Source: Eledone cirrhosa
Lineage: Eukaryota
Direction of reading: 5' to 3'
Assembly: GCA_964016885.1 (NCBI GenBank)
Contig: OZ024753.1
Location: 19,840,001-19,904,000, forward strand
DNA: 64,000 nt
In this document: positions 43,287 to 61,409 of the stretch, in pieces
How positions within the stretch are numbered: position 1 is the stretch's first letter
Layout: each line of letters begins with the position of its first letter
Notes under the pieces: generated by a model
What the model was told of the DNA's origin: nothing
What the model saw: only the letters and a program-made list of their open reading frames with translations
Database searches by the model: none
Position numbers and translations under genes: made by a program

Positions 43287-43291
<5 letters not shown>
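42645..43291. mobile_element. Non-coding 320-bp monomer + partial tandem + inverted copy, with U3-A8 variant hammerheads (42809-42853 -, 43116-43160 +)
   Basis: 42645 repeats at 42965; GGCT TTGATAA GCA..TGC GAAAC AAGCCCTT GTC AGCT. Confidence 0.85.
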
Positions 43292-43325
<34 letters not shown>

Positions 43326-43329
<4 letters not shown>

Positions 43330-43757
43330 ATAATTTGGGAGGGTCATGTTGCCATAAAAACACAAGCACACTCCAATTTATTATAAATTTCAGGCTGGCT
43401 GGTTGGTTCGATAACTGGAAGGTTGTGTAGATGTTGTCAAAGCTCTTTCGTCATACATTCTACGACCTCCTCAGTGACAAGGTTTTTATTTTGTGTGTCT
43501 CTCCTTTGTTCTGCCCTACACCATCTTCTTTTTGGGTGTTGTCTGTTGCGTGATTAGTTTGCGTATGCGTTACATCCGGGTATGTTTGTTTCTATTAATT
43601 TATTTATTTATGTGTTTATTTATTTGTCACTACTTGGTTGTTTGTTCTATCTGTGTGTGTGTCTGATTTGTTTTGTCAGTTTGGTTTTTGTGTGTATCTG
43701 TATGTCTGATTTTTTTCCTTAATTACTAGTTGTGGTGTTGCTATTCCACTCATGTTT
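43326..43757 (-). mobile_element. Neptune-type 3' end with hammerhead (43434-43480)
   Basis: KHEWNSNTT matches the ORF end KNEWNNNNT at 12014; TTGTCA CTGAGGA G GTCGTA-GAATG-TATGAC GAAAG AG CTT TGACAA. Confidence 0.8.
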
Positions 43758-44295
43758 CAACTAACTTTAAATATAGTTTTGAGCGAAAACTAAGAAATTT
43801 TAAATTTTTTAGTTATAAAGATTATAAAACTGACCCACTATAAAAATGATAATGGTAATATAAAATAAAATCTTAAATGCATGTTTGCACAACTAGAAAA
43901 CTGAAAGTTTCATGTCAACAGGGTCAACTGTACGCTGGACCACAGAATCTGTTGACACTGAGATCAACCCTATACTTAGGCCGTTTGGGGAGGCCACAAA
44001 GACAGCTTGCCTTGGTTGAGATATACACCAACATACACTCGCCAACCTAGATAAATGTATTTATCAGGATAAAGCAGAACACGGACAGCTGACGACACGA
44101 ATACATACATATAATTACATGTACACACACATCACCAAACTGACCACTCCCGAAAAAAGATACTTTCTGAACGACATTTATATATAAAGTATATGCCTAT
44201 ATATATATAGTTGTGTATAATGGTAGCTAACGTGCCTCCATAGGCGGTATGCCAAAATAGAGCACTCGATATTTATCAAAGTAGAGTGTAGATAT

Positions 44296-48416
<4,121 letters not shown>

Positions 48417-48439
48417 CATATATATATATACATATATAT

Positions 48440-48506
<67 letters not shown>

Positions 48507-49731
48507 CGTATATATAAATATACATATATATATATATACATATAATGTATATATATTCACATGTATATGCGATTTGTTTGTATGTGTTTTTTTTGTGTGT
48601 ATTTGTGTTTATATGCGTGTGAGCACGTGTATATGTGTGTGTTCGTGCGTGTCTGTAATTGTAAGTGTGTGAATGTGTGTTTGTATGTGTGTGAGTGTGT
48701 GAGTGTGTGCATGTGTGCGCGTTATTATGCATGTTTAAAGTGTATGTTTAATAAAACTATAGATTCTCATTTAAAAAGAAAAACATTTCTCATAAAGTGA
48801 GATCCGGAAATATTCTGTCAAATTCTTCCTGTGTCTGACGTTTATGGCTACAGGGAACAACAGCTTTCATTTCCGAAATATTTAGTTTTGCAATATATTT
48901 CTGAATGCTGCAATAGTGTCAGTTAGAATTCCAATATGTTATTTTCTGTATGCATAGGATTTTGAAAGGCGTTCAATTTGACAATGTTTTATGTATATTT
49001 TACCTCGTCATGTCTTAATGTCATATTAGGCTTCCGCCTGCTAATGGCTCCATGTAACCTAATACAACCTGCTTTGTGGTCGTGTGGTTGGCGTTAAACA
49101 AGCTCCATCCATCCCACCAGAATCTCGTGGGAAGGGTAGGTGGAACTCCATTAGAACAAGAAAACAAGAGCTGTTCAAAGAGCAGATGGACTCCATACAA
49201 TCAATGACCATCCACCTAGGGTTTAACTAGTCTCATCAACCCACCATTCGCCAAACGTGGTGAGTGTGGCTACAGCCCTGAAGATATGACCAAAGCCAAA
49301 AACAGTAGACTTCAACCAGGAGGGATTGCTCCAAGAGTGAAAAGGATTTGTACTTGTATTTGTCTATCTACAATATAATAAATGGAGGAGTGCGGGACAG
49401 CGTCCGTTTTGCCTTTATTTTTTATCCCGTTAGTAAAATAAGTTGGATTACTTTGAATAAATAATGAATGAACATTACATAATTTACCTACTACATTCCG
49501 TAGCTCTTGATTAAACATAAATATTCTTATATATAAAGTATTGCTTATTTTAAGTTTCACTTCTTTAAAATTTTCAAATGTCAACACTTTCCGTTAGCGT
49601 CCGTTATATTATAACACTTATCACATCGCTTATATAATCGTTTATATTTGCATCCGTACATAAGTTTTATATTTAGGTCGCTAATGTTCTCCTTTTTCAT
49701 TTTCATAACATTTTCGTTTATTATATATTAC

Positions 49732-49925
49732 GGTCAGGTCACTCCTGAGTGCTACTGGTAGCATGTAACCCAATACAACCTGTCGCATGTTCGGGTCGTC
49801 GGCAACGATACCGGCAACTCCACCAAGTTTACTTGGTGAGGAGGGTGATTTTGGACACCCTGCAGGACAAATAACAAAACCTGACAAAGGGCGGAAGAAC
49901 TCATAAGAGTCAACAGCCATCTAAA
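49732..49925 (+). mobile_element. RTE 5'UTR-derived fragment (HDV-like 5' end); diverged relative at ~49025-49345
   Basis: Homology to 5594-6203 and 31374-31891. Confidence 0.7.
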
Positions 49926-50289
49926 AAAGAAAATCCTGCCAAATCAATGGGTGGGAGTAGTTCCAGCTGCACGCATCGAAAGACTGGTGTAGTGGTTCTG
50001 AGAGCAATACGGCTTTGTAGATAATCAATGCAAATTGACAATGGAAAGGCGCTGTCGCTCAAGTTAGAAGAGAACTATTGACCTTCAGGAGAGGCAGCGA
50101 CCCCTGATTATATTCAACAACCGAAACAAATATGAAGTAGACCAAATCCAATGTTCCTTGGGGTTGCCCGGTTCTTCTTATTTGCGAGTGTAAACTCGAC
50201 CAGATTAGATTAGATTAGATACATGCAGGTTTATATATAATATCGCCTTTTTTTTAATGTATCATGGATTACATTACTCATTACAGAAG

Positions 50290-50406
<117 letters not shown>

Positions 50407-52183
50407 GGTATATATATATATATATATATATTATACAAACATACTCATATACAAAGAGATAGGGAGGCGGTGGGAGAACTCAGTCTAATGTAAAATACAG
50501 AACACTTTAGAGTATTCGTACTATAGTTGAAAGTATAATTATTATTGTTCTGTTGAGTTATGCAATATATCACCTGCACAATATATTGTAAGCTTACCAA
50601 TCATTCACCTCTCATATGTTATCACGTTGAGGAAGAAGGAGGGAAGATTTACCTATGTTTTCCGCTAAATATCAACTGCAGGGTTAAGTTATATTTTATG
50701 AATTTATCATAACATTGCACCATTATTGAAATATATCTATTTGAATGTAGTCCACCTCTAGGTCTTGGGTGGTAGGATGGAGAAGAAATTGCCCCGAAGG
50801 ACGGCGAGGGAAACGCGATGGAACAGCCACCACTGCTCCAATAGCAGTGAACAAGGATCGGGTGTGTGGTACGGAGTGGGGGTCAATGAGCTACGGGCTC
50901 CACTAACAGAGAGCGGCCGATCCAATGCTGACACACTCAGACAGACACACACATAGACACATACCAAATGGGGATTACATGATATGTATTGTCTAATGAC
51001 ATGGTCAATTGGTAGAGTCGTTAGAACGTCGGATAGAATGATTTACGGTATTGCTTCTCGCTGCCTGCTCTTTGAGATCAAATACCACCGTGGCCAACTT
51101 TGCCCTTCATTCATACAAGATCGATAAAAATAGTACCAGCCAATTACTGGGGTCGGATCTTCCTTTGTCACTTCCATTCACTCACTTTCTATCCACCTCT
51201 GGAAGAAATCTGCTGTGATGAGACCTGGTGAGGGACGGGCTCTGTTAGGTTTGAAAATTACCCTAGAAACGCTGTATGTAAATACGTCACCCCTACGACT
51301 CACCCGGGGGTCACGATATTATACATTCCTGGTCAAATGAGTGAAACTTGTAAAATAGTTCTCTATTTCAATGATAACTCAGACAACTCAGCTTTTTAAG
51401 TTTTTCAAGTAACGTAAACGATTCCAAAAACGTTGAATAATGTATTCATTGCGCATTGTTTTTATGGGTGATAGATAATATCTATGTAACCTCTTTGCAC
51501 TTACAGTAAATGTGTTGAAGAGGTGACGTTGAAAAGTTTCGAATAATTGTTTGGAGTGTTGCCGACTTACTTAAGAGAGTAGGAATACATGTATCACTGA
51601 AGGTATTTTAAACGTTAATAAACTGACTGTAAAACGAGATGTGTTTGATTTGTCTTAATTATGCGAAACGGATACACTAGCGCCATAGATGTGAGCACTA
51701 TTCATCATAATTTCTTAAATACTTATCTTTAACACGATAAATTCTTATCTTTAACTTCATCTCATATAATGGAGTCTAGAATTTGTTATTTCATCTTACT
51801 TGCGATTTCTTGGTAATAAAGAGTAAAACGTCTTCAAGTCTCATATTTTCAGAAATAAAAGACTAATAGATGGAATTTATCATATAAACTCAGGTGTACA
51901 ATATAATGATATAGAATTAAAGTTGCGTATTAATGGAGTTAAAAGCACTTTTTGTAACTTTTGAAATTATATACAAAGTGTATTGTGTTGAGTGAAATAA
52001 CTACTATTGAAATGTTAAAGAATATAATAAAGAACACGATCAGTTTTATGTAGGTGTGAGCGCATGATGGTCGATTGATTACGCAAGTGTGTTTTATTTT
52101 ATCTCCCATTTTTTCTTCATTTTCTCCATGTGCCTTCCTCTCATAACCTTTAACTTTCCATTTATCTTCTATTTCTAACACTA

Positions 52184-52220
52184 CTTTCTGATGAAGGACT
52201 AGTGTTCGAAACGTTAAAAG
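52184..52220 (+). ncRNA. Minimal Penelope-type hammerhead; degenerate relative at ~24850-24890 (-)
   Basis: TTT CTGATGA A GGAC-TAGT-GTTC GAAAC GTT AAA; relative has GGAC-TGGC-GTCC GAAAC. Confidence 0.65.
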
Positions 52221-52481
52221 ACACTCTCCCCCTATTTGAAGCGTTAAAACAAATATATTTCTTCCATGTACTGTGCCGTTTGTTTTTGTTATTATATGTG
52301 GGTGTCTGTATGTGTATGTGTGTGTGTGTGTGTGCGTGTATGTACATATATAAAGAGAACAGAACGTAACACAAAGAGAGGGGGAAACAGGAAAAGATAA
52401 ACAAGTATGTATAAAGACAGTTATATATATATATAACTTTGTCAACTTTGATAGGTGTATATATATATGTGTGTGTGTATG

Positions 52482-52553
<72 letters not shown>

Positions 52554-52560
<7 letters not shown>

Positions 52561-53192
52561 AATTTATATCTAGTAACATTTATATACACAGATGCATATC
52601 AATGCTAGCAAATATATAGGTTTTGTCTTATTAACAATGTGGTTCAATGCATGGGGTTGCAGAACAATAATATGCGAGACGTAAAATAAGAAAATTATAA
52701 AATTAACTTACTTACTAAAAAATCACTTCCAACTAATTAGTTTCTGGAATGGAGTATATATATTTTCCGAAGAAACATAAAGAAAATCATTCCGTCATCA
52801 GGAAAGTCTTGTTCCGTATAGGTCTCCAGGCATAGCGAGGACACTGGAAACTTATTAAAAAAATAATTCAGTGGAATGGAAAAAGCGAAGCGTGGACTGG
52901 ATTCCAAGCCATTGAGAAAATCACTGCCTCTACGTCTGTGGCAAATTCAAAAAGAATCAATCACGTGACATCGAGGTCAATCAGTGGAAAGCGAGTGGTT
53001 ATTAAGACAGCGGCCAGCTTACTACCATAGTAGCAGTCATGGCCAAATATTGCTCGACAAATGAATTGGGGATAATTATAAGGAATTTATATCTAGTAAC
53101 ATTTATATACACACAGATGCATATCAATGCTAGCAAATATATAGGTTTTGTCTTATTAACAATGTGGTTCAATGCATGGGGTTGCAGAACAA
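52554..53192 (-). mobile_element. Non-coding 523-bp monomer + partial tandem with hammerhead (52725-52807); homolog of 33614-34781
   Basis: 52554 repeats at 53077; ACTTTC CTGATGA C GGAATG..CATTCC A GAAAC TAATTA GTT GGAAGT. Confidence 0.85.
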
Positions 53193-53318
53193 TATATATG
53201 TGTGTGTATGTATATATATATGTATATATGTATATATACATATATATATGTATATATGTTTATATATGTATATATATATATATATATATACTTATGTATA
53301 TATATATATGCATGTATA

Positions 53319-54440
<1,122 letters not shown>

Positions 54441-56027
54441 TATATATATATATATATACATACATGTGTACAAATATACATATGTATATTTGTACACACA
54501 CACACACGCACACACATATATAAGAACTATGTATACAATGAACCTAATTAAACGATAAAGAAATGCAACTTGATTTCTAATTGATGAAACGACTCATATT
54601 TTGTATTTTTCTCAATGTTTTAACTTCAAACATTTTAATCGATACTCCAGTTTACAAAAGATATAAACAACTTTTTTACGAATGCTTTTAATTGCTTTCT
54701 TATATAAAGTTTAATGATCTTCAGACGACAAACACACTTGATTCCACTACACTCTAGAAAAATCTACATCTATCTGATTACTGTTTCAATAGCCAGTAAT
54801 TTTACCCACTGCTGTTTTTAGAAAATAATGAAGTCAGAAGTTTAATGTTGTTTACACGATTAATGCAACTTTCTACTGGTGGCCAGATAGGAATCAGTAA
54901 ACACTTAACTGGTGCCATGCCCTCTCTAGAACCCAGTAAATATTTGGTGACATGTCCTCTTTAGAAACCAGTAAATAGCTGGTGCCATACCCTCCCTAGA
55001 AACCAGCCAACACTTAGCTGGTGTCATACCAGCCGTCGCATAAAGAAAATGACCCTCATTTTTAAGTGAAAGAAGTAAAATATATTTCAACTGCAAATAT
55101 CTTTCTTCAGTTTATTTAAAACGTGTCACTGTTAAACGCCGTCCTGCAGTACAGGAAATCTGTCAGCAACGACGTTATTGTTTCACTGTTGAGATATATA
55201 GCAAACAATAAACTGTCCCAATATAACATCGTTGTCATAGCAATTGTCGGAGCTGAATAATCCTGGCCCTTCCTCTCCAACTCCTCTTGTTTAGAGTTGT
55301 TTTTTTTATTAAATATTAAATTCTTTATTATCTTTATGTAATTAAAAATTTAGATTTTTCCAATAAAACGTTCCATGAGGTTTTATTTAAAACAAAACTA
55401 CATTCATATTTGTGACTTTCATCCTGTTCTCAAGAGAATTGGTATTTTGGTTGACATGCAAGATTTCACAAGTTTAGCATCACTCCTTCCTGGTAAACCT
55501 ATGAAACTTTCAGCCCAGCCTCGTATTATACACTATTCTGTCCTGAAATTAGGAAATGTGATATCCCTGTTGTTTTAATACAGTCCTCGATAGCCAAACA
55601 TCTACTTTTAGAAACAGATTTATTTAAGTAAAGGATTTGTTACGAAAGCGTCAGGTGAATTTTGAAACTTAAAAAGAAATAGAAGGGTTCGCCGTAACAT
55701 TTGATTAAAATACATTCTAATAACGGGGCGTTTAAATCCGGTGAAAGGACAAGAGAGGGGAACCATCACAAACGGGAGTTAAATGTTACGGTAAAGTTCT
55801 CTATTTCTATTCCAATGTTCATACTTAAGTAATTAATTTGCAATATTTTCAAGTCTAAAATTGTATTTTCCATCCCCAGCAGAAACTTTCTGTCCAGCGA
55901 TTCTTTCCTGAGACATTCCTGGCACATTTGCTAGATACCCAGGTGTAGACCCCGAGTAGGGTGGCGGGATAACATTCATGAGCTTGGCTTGGGGATCTAG
56001 CTGGATCAATTGGAGACAGTCGATTCT

Positions 56028-56207
56028 GAAGAAGAAGAAGAAGAAGAAGAAGAAGAAGAAGAAGAAGAAGAAGAAGAAGAAGAAGAAGAAGAAGAAGAAG
56101 AAGAAGAAGAAGAAGAAGAAGAAGAAGAAGAAGAAGAAGAAGAAGAAGAAGAAGAAGAAGAAGAAGAAGAAGAAGAAGAAGAAGAAGAAGAAGAAGAAGA
56201 AGAAGAA
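56028..56207 (+). repeat. Pure (GAA)n, ~60 units
   Basis: Direct reading. Confidence 0.98.
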
Positions 56208-56747
56208 ATTCACCATTTTCTAAATGGTTATATTTTAATGTCCACTTTAATTTGGTATAATTTCATTTGGTCTGGAATCAATATAGAAGGTATCAGGGAA
56301 ATTATGAAACGTATTCTGAATATCGATTAGATAATAAATGGAAGGAAAAGATTGCAGGATATATAATCATACACACACAAACACACACACATATATATAT
56401 AGAGAGGGAGAGAGAGATATATATAGGTATATATACATATACACATATATATATTAACACATACACACACACCTATATATATATATAGAGAGAGAGAAAG
56501 GTAGAGAAATAGAGAGATATAGCTATACATATACACACATATATTCCCAGACATATATATATATAAAGAGAGAGAAATATAGGTATATACATATACACAC
56601 ATATATATATTGACACATACACACACACACATTTATATATAAAGAGAGAGAGATATAGGTATAGGCACATATATATACACATACACACACACACACATAT
56701 ATATAGAGAGATATAGTGAGATATATATATGCATATACACACACACA

Positions 56748-56791
<44 letters not shown>

Positions 56792-56935
56792 AGGAGGTGA
56801 GTTTTATGTTGATTTAAAACTGCACTATTCACAAGTGTATTTATCTGACGAAAACACAAATGTTATTGCATGATGATATTTGTTTTTGAAATGCGCATAA
56901 TAAAATACATGGATCTCTTTTAACCATCTTTTGAT

Positions 56936-56981
<46 letters not shown>

Positions 56982-57011
56982 GACACACACACACGCAGAC
57001 ACATACATACA

Positions 57012-57073
<62 letters not shown>

Positions 57074-57406
57074 TACATTCATACCCACATACATGTATGC
57101 ATGCATCCATATATACATACATCCATTCATACAAATATATATACACTAATGAAGCCGGAGATTGGCCGGTGTCGATACATTCAGACTAAATGTCAAAAGA
57201 CCAGGAGTTGTTATTTTTAAAAAATAGTCATTTAATTATCTGTCTATTGGAAGTTAATGGGATTAGACACACTGCGTTTTCATAGTTAGAGCAAATGTTT
57301 ACGTCATGGTAAGAGTGATATACATAGAGTATGAGACACTTTCTGATATGTACCGAGAGTTAATTGTCTCTACGTTTGTTTGTGGTTAGTTTATGTCTTC
57401 TTCTTC

Positions 57407-57438
<32 letters not shown>

Positions 57439-57449
57439 GTTATTGTTAT

Positions 57450-60400
57450 TCCTTGAATCTCAGTCATTGACGTTGGTTAACTGGAAAGTCCGTTGGATTG
57501 AATATCAAGCCACTACCTGCAGCCTCAGATATTCAGGACGTATCGGAGGGTTCTTGCTGTTCCAAGCAAGCATGCCTTTTGAAGCGTTCCAAAAAGCGTG
57601 AAGGGGCCGATTTTCTTTAACCATCCCTGGAAACCTTTGGAGATAGTCCCCAGTGCGCCTATGACAATCGGGATCACTTTGACTTCATGGCAGTTCCAAA
57701 TCCTTTTCACCTCCCACTTTAGGTCCTGGTATCGGTTAATTTTCTCCCTCTCCTTCTCTTGCACTCTCGTGTCGAACGGGCAGGCCACATCCACAATCAG
57801 GCACGATCTTTTTTCTTTGTCCACAACCACCAGGTCAGGTCTATTGTGTTCCAGTTTTTTGTCCGTCTGTATCCTAAAATCCCACAGCACCTTCACCTGA
57901 CTGTTCTCCATCACCGCCTCTGGCCTATGCTCATACCATTTCTCAGAATGTGGTAGATTGTTTACTTTGCACAGGTGCCAGTGGATCACCCTGCCCATCA
58001 CATCGTGTCTCCAGCCCTTATAGTGGGTCTGGGCTAGGTGTTTACACTCGGACACAATGTGAGCCACAGTCTCCTCTCTCTCTCCACAGATCCTGCACAG
58101 TGGGCTAGCCTCCTCCTTGTAGATATGGTGCTTCAACCACTTCGTTTTGAGGGTCTGCTCCTGCGCAGACATTAGCATTCCTTCTGTAGCCTTTTTGAGG
58201 TCTCCTCTTCTCAACCAGTTCCATGTCTGTGGATCTCTAAATTCAGTTTTCTCAAAGAAGGTACTATGAAGGCATTTTCCCTTAAGGCTGCTCTTCCTCC
58301 TTGATGTTATTTCCTCCTTGGATATCCCCTGGCCTACTGTCCCCTCCTTCAGTACAGCTCTGAGCATTGGCTCCTTACTATAGGTCACGTATTTGTATAG
58401 GTTGTTTTTCTCCATCTGAACACAGTCCTCTATGCTGATAAGACCTCTTCCACCCTCAGATCTCCTTAGGTAGAGTCTATCGACATCACTCCTCTTGTGG
58501 AACATGTTGTAGATAGTCAATAGCTTCCTAGTCTTCCTATCCATTTCTTTTTGTTCAGCAACATTCCATCTCAGAATTCCCGCACTGTACCTAATAATAG
58601 ACACAGCTCGGGAATTTACTGCGCTTATGGCATTTCTGCTGTTCAGATGTGACTTCAATACGCTCCTTACTCTCCGAATGTATTCAGTTCTTAACAATTC
58701 CTTCATTTTTTTGTTCTTTATGCCATCAGCCTCCAGAACGCCCAAATACTTGTATCCTTCCTCAGAGTCAATTTCCTTTATCATCTCACCTGTTGGTATC
58801 TGGATCCCGTTACTTCTGCTCAACCTACCCCTCTTCATCACAATGACTCCACATTTACCAATACCAAACTGCATACATATATCACTGCTGAAAATACGGA
58901 CAGTGTCAACAAGCACATCCAACTCCTTCTCACTTTTCCCGAAGAGCTTAAGATCGTCCATGAAGAGGAGGTGATTGATGGTAAGCTCTCCCCTTCCCAA
59001 CTTGTATCCTGCTCTCACTTTTCGCAGCATAATGGTCAAGGGCATCAGGGCAAGGACAAACAACAGAGGGGACAGGCTATCTCCCTGGAAGATACCTCTC
59101 TTGATCTTCACGCTTCCCAAGGATACTCCAGTTGATGTCAACTCTGTCTCCCAGGACCCCATACTCCTGCCCAGCAACTGTCTGATGTTATCTGCCACCC
59201 TGAAGATCTCCAGGCTTTTGGTGATCCAGGAATGAGGCACCATGTCAAATGCCTTTCTGTAGTCTATCCATCCCATGGCAAGATCAGTGTGTCTCCTCCT
59301 GCAATTCCCCATTACCATCTTATCAATAAGCAACTGGTCCTTTGTACCACGTGACTTCTTTCGGCATCCTTTCTGTTCGTCCGGTAACAAGTTGTTTGTG
59401 TGGAGGTGATGGTAGATTTCCTCAGACACAATGCTCGTCAACAGTTTCCACATTACGGGCAGACATGTGATAGGTCTATAGTTGGTAACATCATTACCCT
59501 TGATTCGGTCTTTCATTATCAGACCTGTGGTACCTTTTGTCAACCACTCTGGCACCTCACCCGACACCAAGCAGTCATTGAACATGGCCGTCAGCTTCGG
59601 GTGGAGGGATGTTAAATGTTTAATCCAATACCCCTGCACACCATCTGGGCCTGGTGATTTCCAGTTGGTTAGTTTTTTGGCTTGCCCCTTAAGAGTTTCA
59701 ACTGTGATACTCAAATCAGTCTGTTGCTGTGCCTGCTCACCGATCTCCCTCTGTACTGTCTCAATCCACCCTGCCTGGGCATTGTGTCTAACATCCTGCT
59801 CCCATATTCCTCTCCAGAATGTTTTAGCTTGTTCCGCCCCAGGGATCAAGTCGTTGCCTCTTTCTTTCCCCTCAAGCTGTCCAAACAGCATCTTCTGGTT
59901 GTTGTCGAACATGCGGTTCTGTTTATACTGACTGACTCTGTTCTCGTATCGCCTGATTTTGGCACTCTTTGCTACAATGCGTTGCTTCAATTCCTCTATG
60001 ATAATATTTAGCTTTTTACTCCTAGTTTTGTATTTTATTTCCAGTCTATTTTTAGTGCCTATGTTTTTTAGTGTCCCATTCAGTAGTGACTCAAGCTTTC
60101 CTATGTCATTTCTCATTTCCCCGATTTGCCCACTCAGTCGCTTCTTCCACCACGGCTCTGCTCTTTCTTGTCTGTTGTTTCCTCTCGCTTTTATACCAAG
60201 TAGTTTCCTCACCGTATTTGCTGTTGCTTTGAGGATATTGTTGCACTGGTGAAGACTCCTCGCCTCAAGGTATGGGATGACTTTGTTTACCTTAGCTGTT
60301 GTTTCTTTTAACTTTTTCCTGTCTACAAATCTTAGGTTCATAGGTCTCCCACTATCATTGTTCAACTCATCTACCACTAAATTTAGGATGTCAACCGAAT

Positions 60401-60922
60401 CTTGTCCTAGCCCGTCAGCATTCATCTCCTCAGTGGCCGTATCTCTGTTCCAGGTATTATTTATCTCAGTATTCAGATCATTGTCTGCTTCGTGTGGTTC
60501 CTCCGTTCTCAGGACCTCCTCACCTTCATTTCCCGCCGGCTCGCTTGTCTGGCATACTACACCCGCCATCTCCAAGCCATTCTCTCTGCTCAGTTCCTCC
60601 AGTTCCAGCTCGCTTATCCACCCATTAGTTCTTATTACCCGAGCCTGCCCGGCCAATTTTTGTTCATCTAATTTAAATAAACCAATCTCGTTCCAGATGT
60701 TATGCATCCGTCTCCTGTAGCCCCTCTCCTTGGGGTTACTTTTCAGGTAGCATTGCATAACAGTTCTATTCAATTCTTTCGTCCAGTTGGTTCTGGCCCC
60801 TTTCCTTCTTCTTCTTCCTCCAACATCAGCAGTATTTGGTTGACAGTCAGGTTCCTGCTGCTGAGCCAGGGGGCACCTGTTGGGTGAGAGTCTGTCACAT
60901 GACGTTCTAGTCTCCATTTTTG
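57450..60922 (-). mobile_element. Apparently complete R4/Dong-clade retrotransposon inserted in (TAA)n
   Basis: (TAA)n at 57409-57449 and 60923-60980; ~75-nt 3'UTR. Confidence 0.92.
57525..60917 (-). CDS. Intact 1130-aa non-LTR retrotransposon protein: N-terminal Myb-like region, RT, CCHC knuckle, restriction-like endonuclease
   Basis: NWTKELN..YRRRMHNIW, KSPGPDG, NYRPITCL, GIFQGDSLSPLLF, HLLFMDDLKLF, CRICGEREETVAHIVSEC, RHD, RPDLVVVD..DVACP..EKINRY. Confidence 0.96.
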   Translation of the reverse strand: METRTSCDRLSPNRCPLAQQQEPDCQPNTADVGGRRRRKGARTNWTKELNRTVMQCYLKSNPKERGYRRRMHNIWNEIGLFKLDEQKLAGQARVIRTNGWISELELEELSRENGLEMAGVVCQTSEPAGNEGEEVLRTEEPHEADNDLNTEINNTWNRDTATEEMNADGLGQDSVDILNLVVDELNNDSGRPMNLRFVDRKKLKETTAKVNKVIPYLEARSLHQCNNILKATANTVRKLLGIKARGNNRQERAEPWWKKRLSGQIGEMRNDIGKLESLLNGTLKNIGTKNRLEIKYKTRSKKLNIIIEELKQRIVAKSAKIRRYENRVSQYKQNRMFDNNQKMLFGQLEGKERGNDLIPGAEQAKTFWRGIWEQDVRHNAQAGWIETVQREIGEQAQQQTDLSITVETLKGQAKKLTNWKSPGPDGVQGYWIKHLTSLHPKLTAMFNDCLVSGEVPEWLTKGTTGLIMKDRIKGNDVTNYRPITCLPVMWKLLTSIVSEEIYHHLHTNNLLPDEQKGCRKKSRGTKDQLLIDKMVMGNCRRRHTDLAMGWIDYRKAFDMVPHSWITKSLEIFRVADNIRQLLGRSMGSWETELTSTGVSLGSVKIKRGIFQGDSLSPLLFVLALMPLTIMLRKVRAGYKLGRGELTINHLLFMDDLKLFGKSEKELDVLVDTVRIFSSDICMQFGIGKCGVIVMKRGRLSRSNGIQIPTGEMIKEIDSEEGYKYLGVLEADGIKNKKMKELLRTEYIRRVRSVLKSHLNSRNAISAVNSRAVSIIRYSAGILRWNVAEQKEMDRKTRKLLTIYNMFHKRSDVDRLYLRRSEGGRGLISIEDCVQMEKNNLYKYVTYSKEPMLRAVLKEGTVGQGISKEEITSRRKSSLKGKCLHSTFFEKTEFRDPQTWNWLRRGDLKKATEGMLMSAQEQTLKTKWLKHHIYKEEASPLCRICGEREETVAHIVSECKHLAQTHYKGWRHDVMGRVIHWHLCKVNNLPHSEKWYEHRPEAVMENSQVKVLWDFRIQTDKKLEHNRPDLVVVDKEKRSCLIVDVACPFDTRVQEKEREKINRYQDLKWEVKRIWNCHEVKVIPIVIGALGTISKGFQGWLKKIGPFTLFGTLQKACLLGTARTLRYVLNI

Positions 60923-60960
<38 letters not shown>

Positions 60961-60980
60961 TATTATTATTATTATTATTA

Positions 60981-61349
60981 CAGCTGCATTTATCTTGCTT
61001 TATGTTCATACGAGTTATCACCAAGTCACAACCAGTGACCTCAAGAGACAACAAGGTCCGCCATGTTCAAGAAAGAACATACATACTCACACATGCATCT
61101 TTAAATGTTTAGACTTGTGATGTACTTATATTAACAGAATCTTCCTTAGTATATGGGCAGTTCCCATTAGTACTATCTTTTATATTTCTCCTATACGCGG
61201 GTTTCCTGGGATTTACGATAAGTAATCATTAGACCCCTTAGGTATCATTCCTAGAGCGCCTACAACCACTGGTATTGTTTTAGTTCTCAATTTCCACATT
61301 TTTCCAATTTCTATCTCCAGGTCGTTATACTTGCTCAATTTTTCAAATG

Positions 61350-61353
<4 letters not shown>
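60981..61353 (-). mobile_element. 3' end of a second, different R4/Dong element in the same (TAA)n array
   Basis: EKLSKYNDLEIEIGKMWKLRTKTIPVVVGALG...GTAHILRK; (TAA)n on both sides. Confidence 0.85.

Positions 61354-61409
<56 letters not shown>

Noticed and set aside
51195-51280. Hammerhead-like CTGGAAGA...GAAAC GCT GTA in the SINE B tail
   Set aside because: Stems are not conserved in the 35490 and 61700 copies
55833-56330. Poly-F, poly-K and poly-E ORFs
   Set aside because: Frames of the (GAA)n tract
57598-60887. Plus-strand ORFs overlapping the R4 ORF
   Set aside because: Antisense shadows with no recognisable motifs
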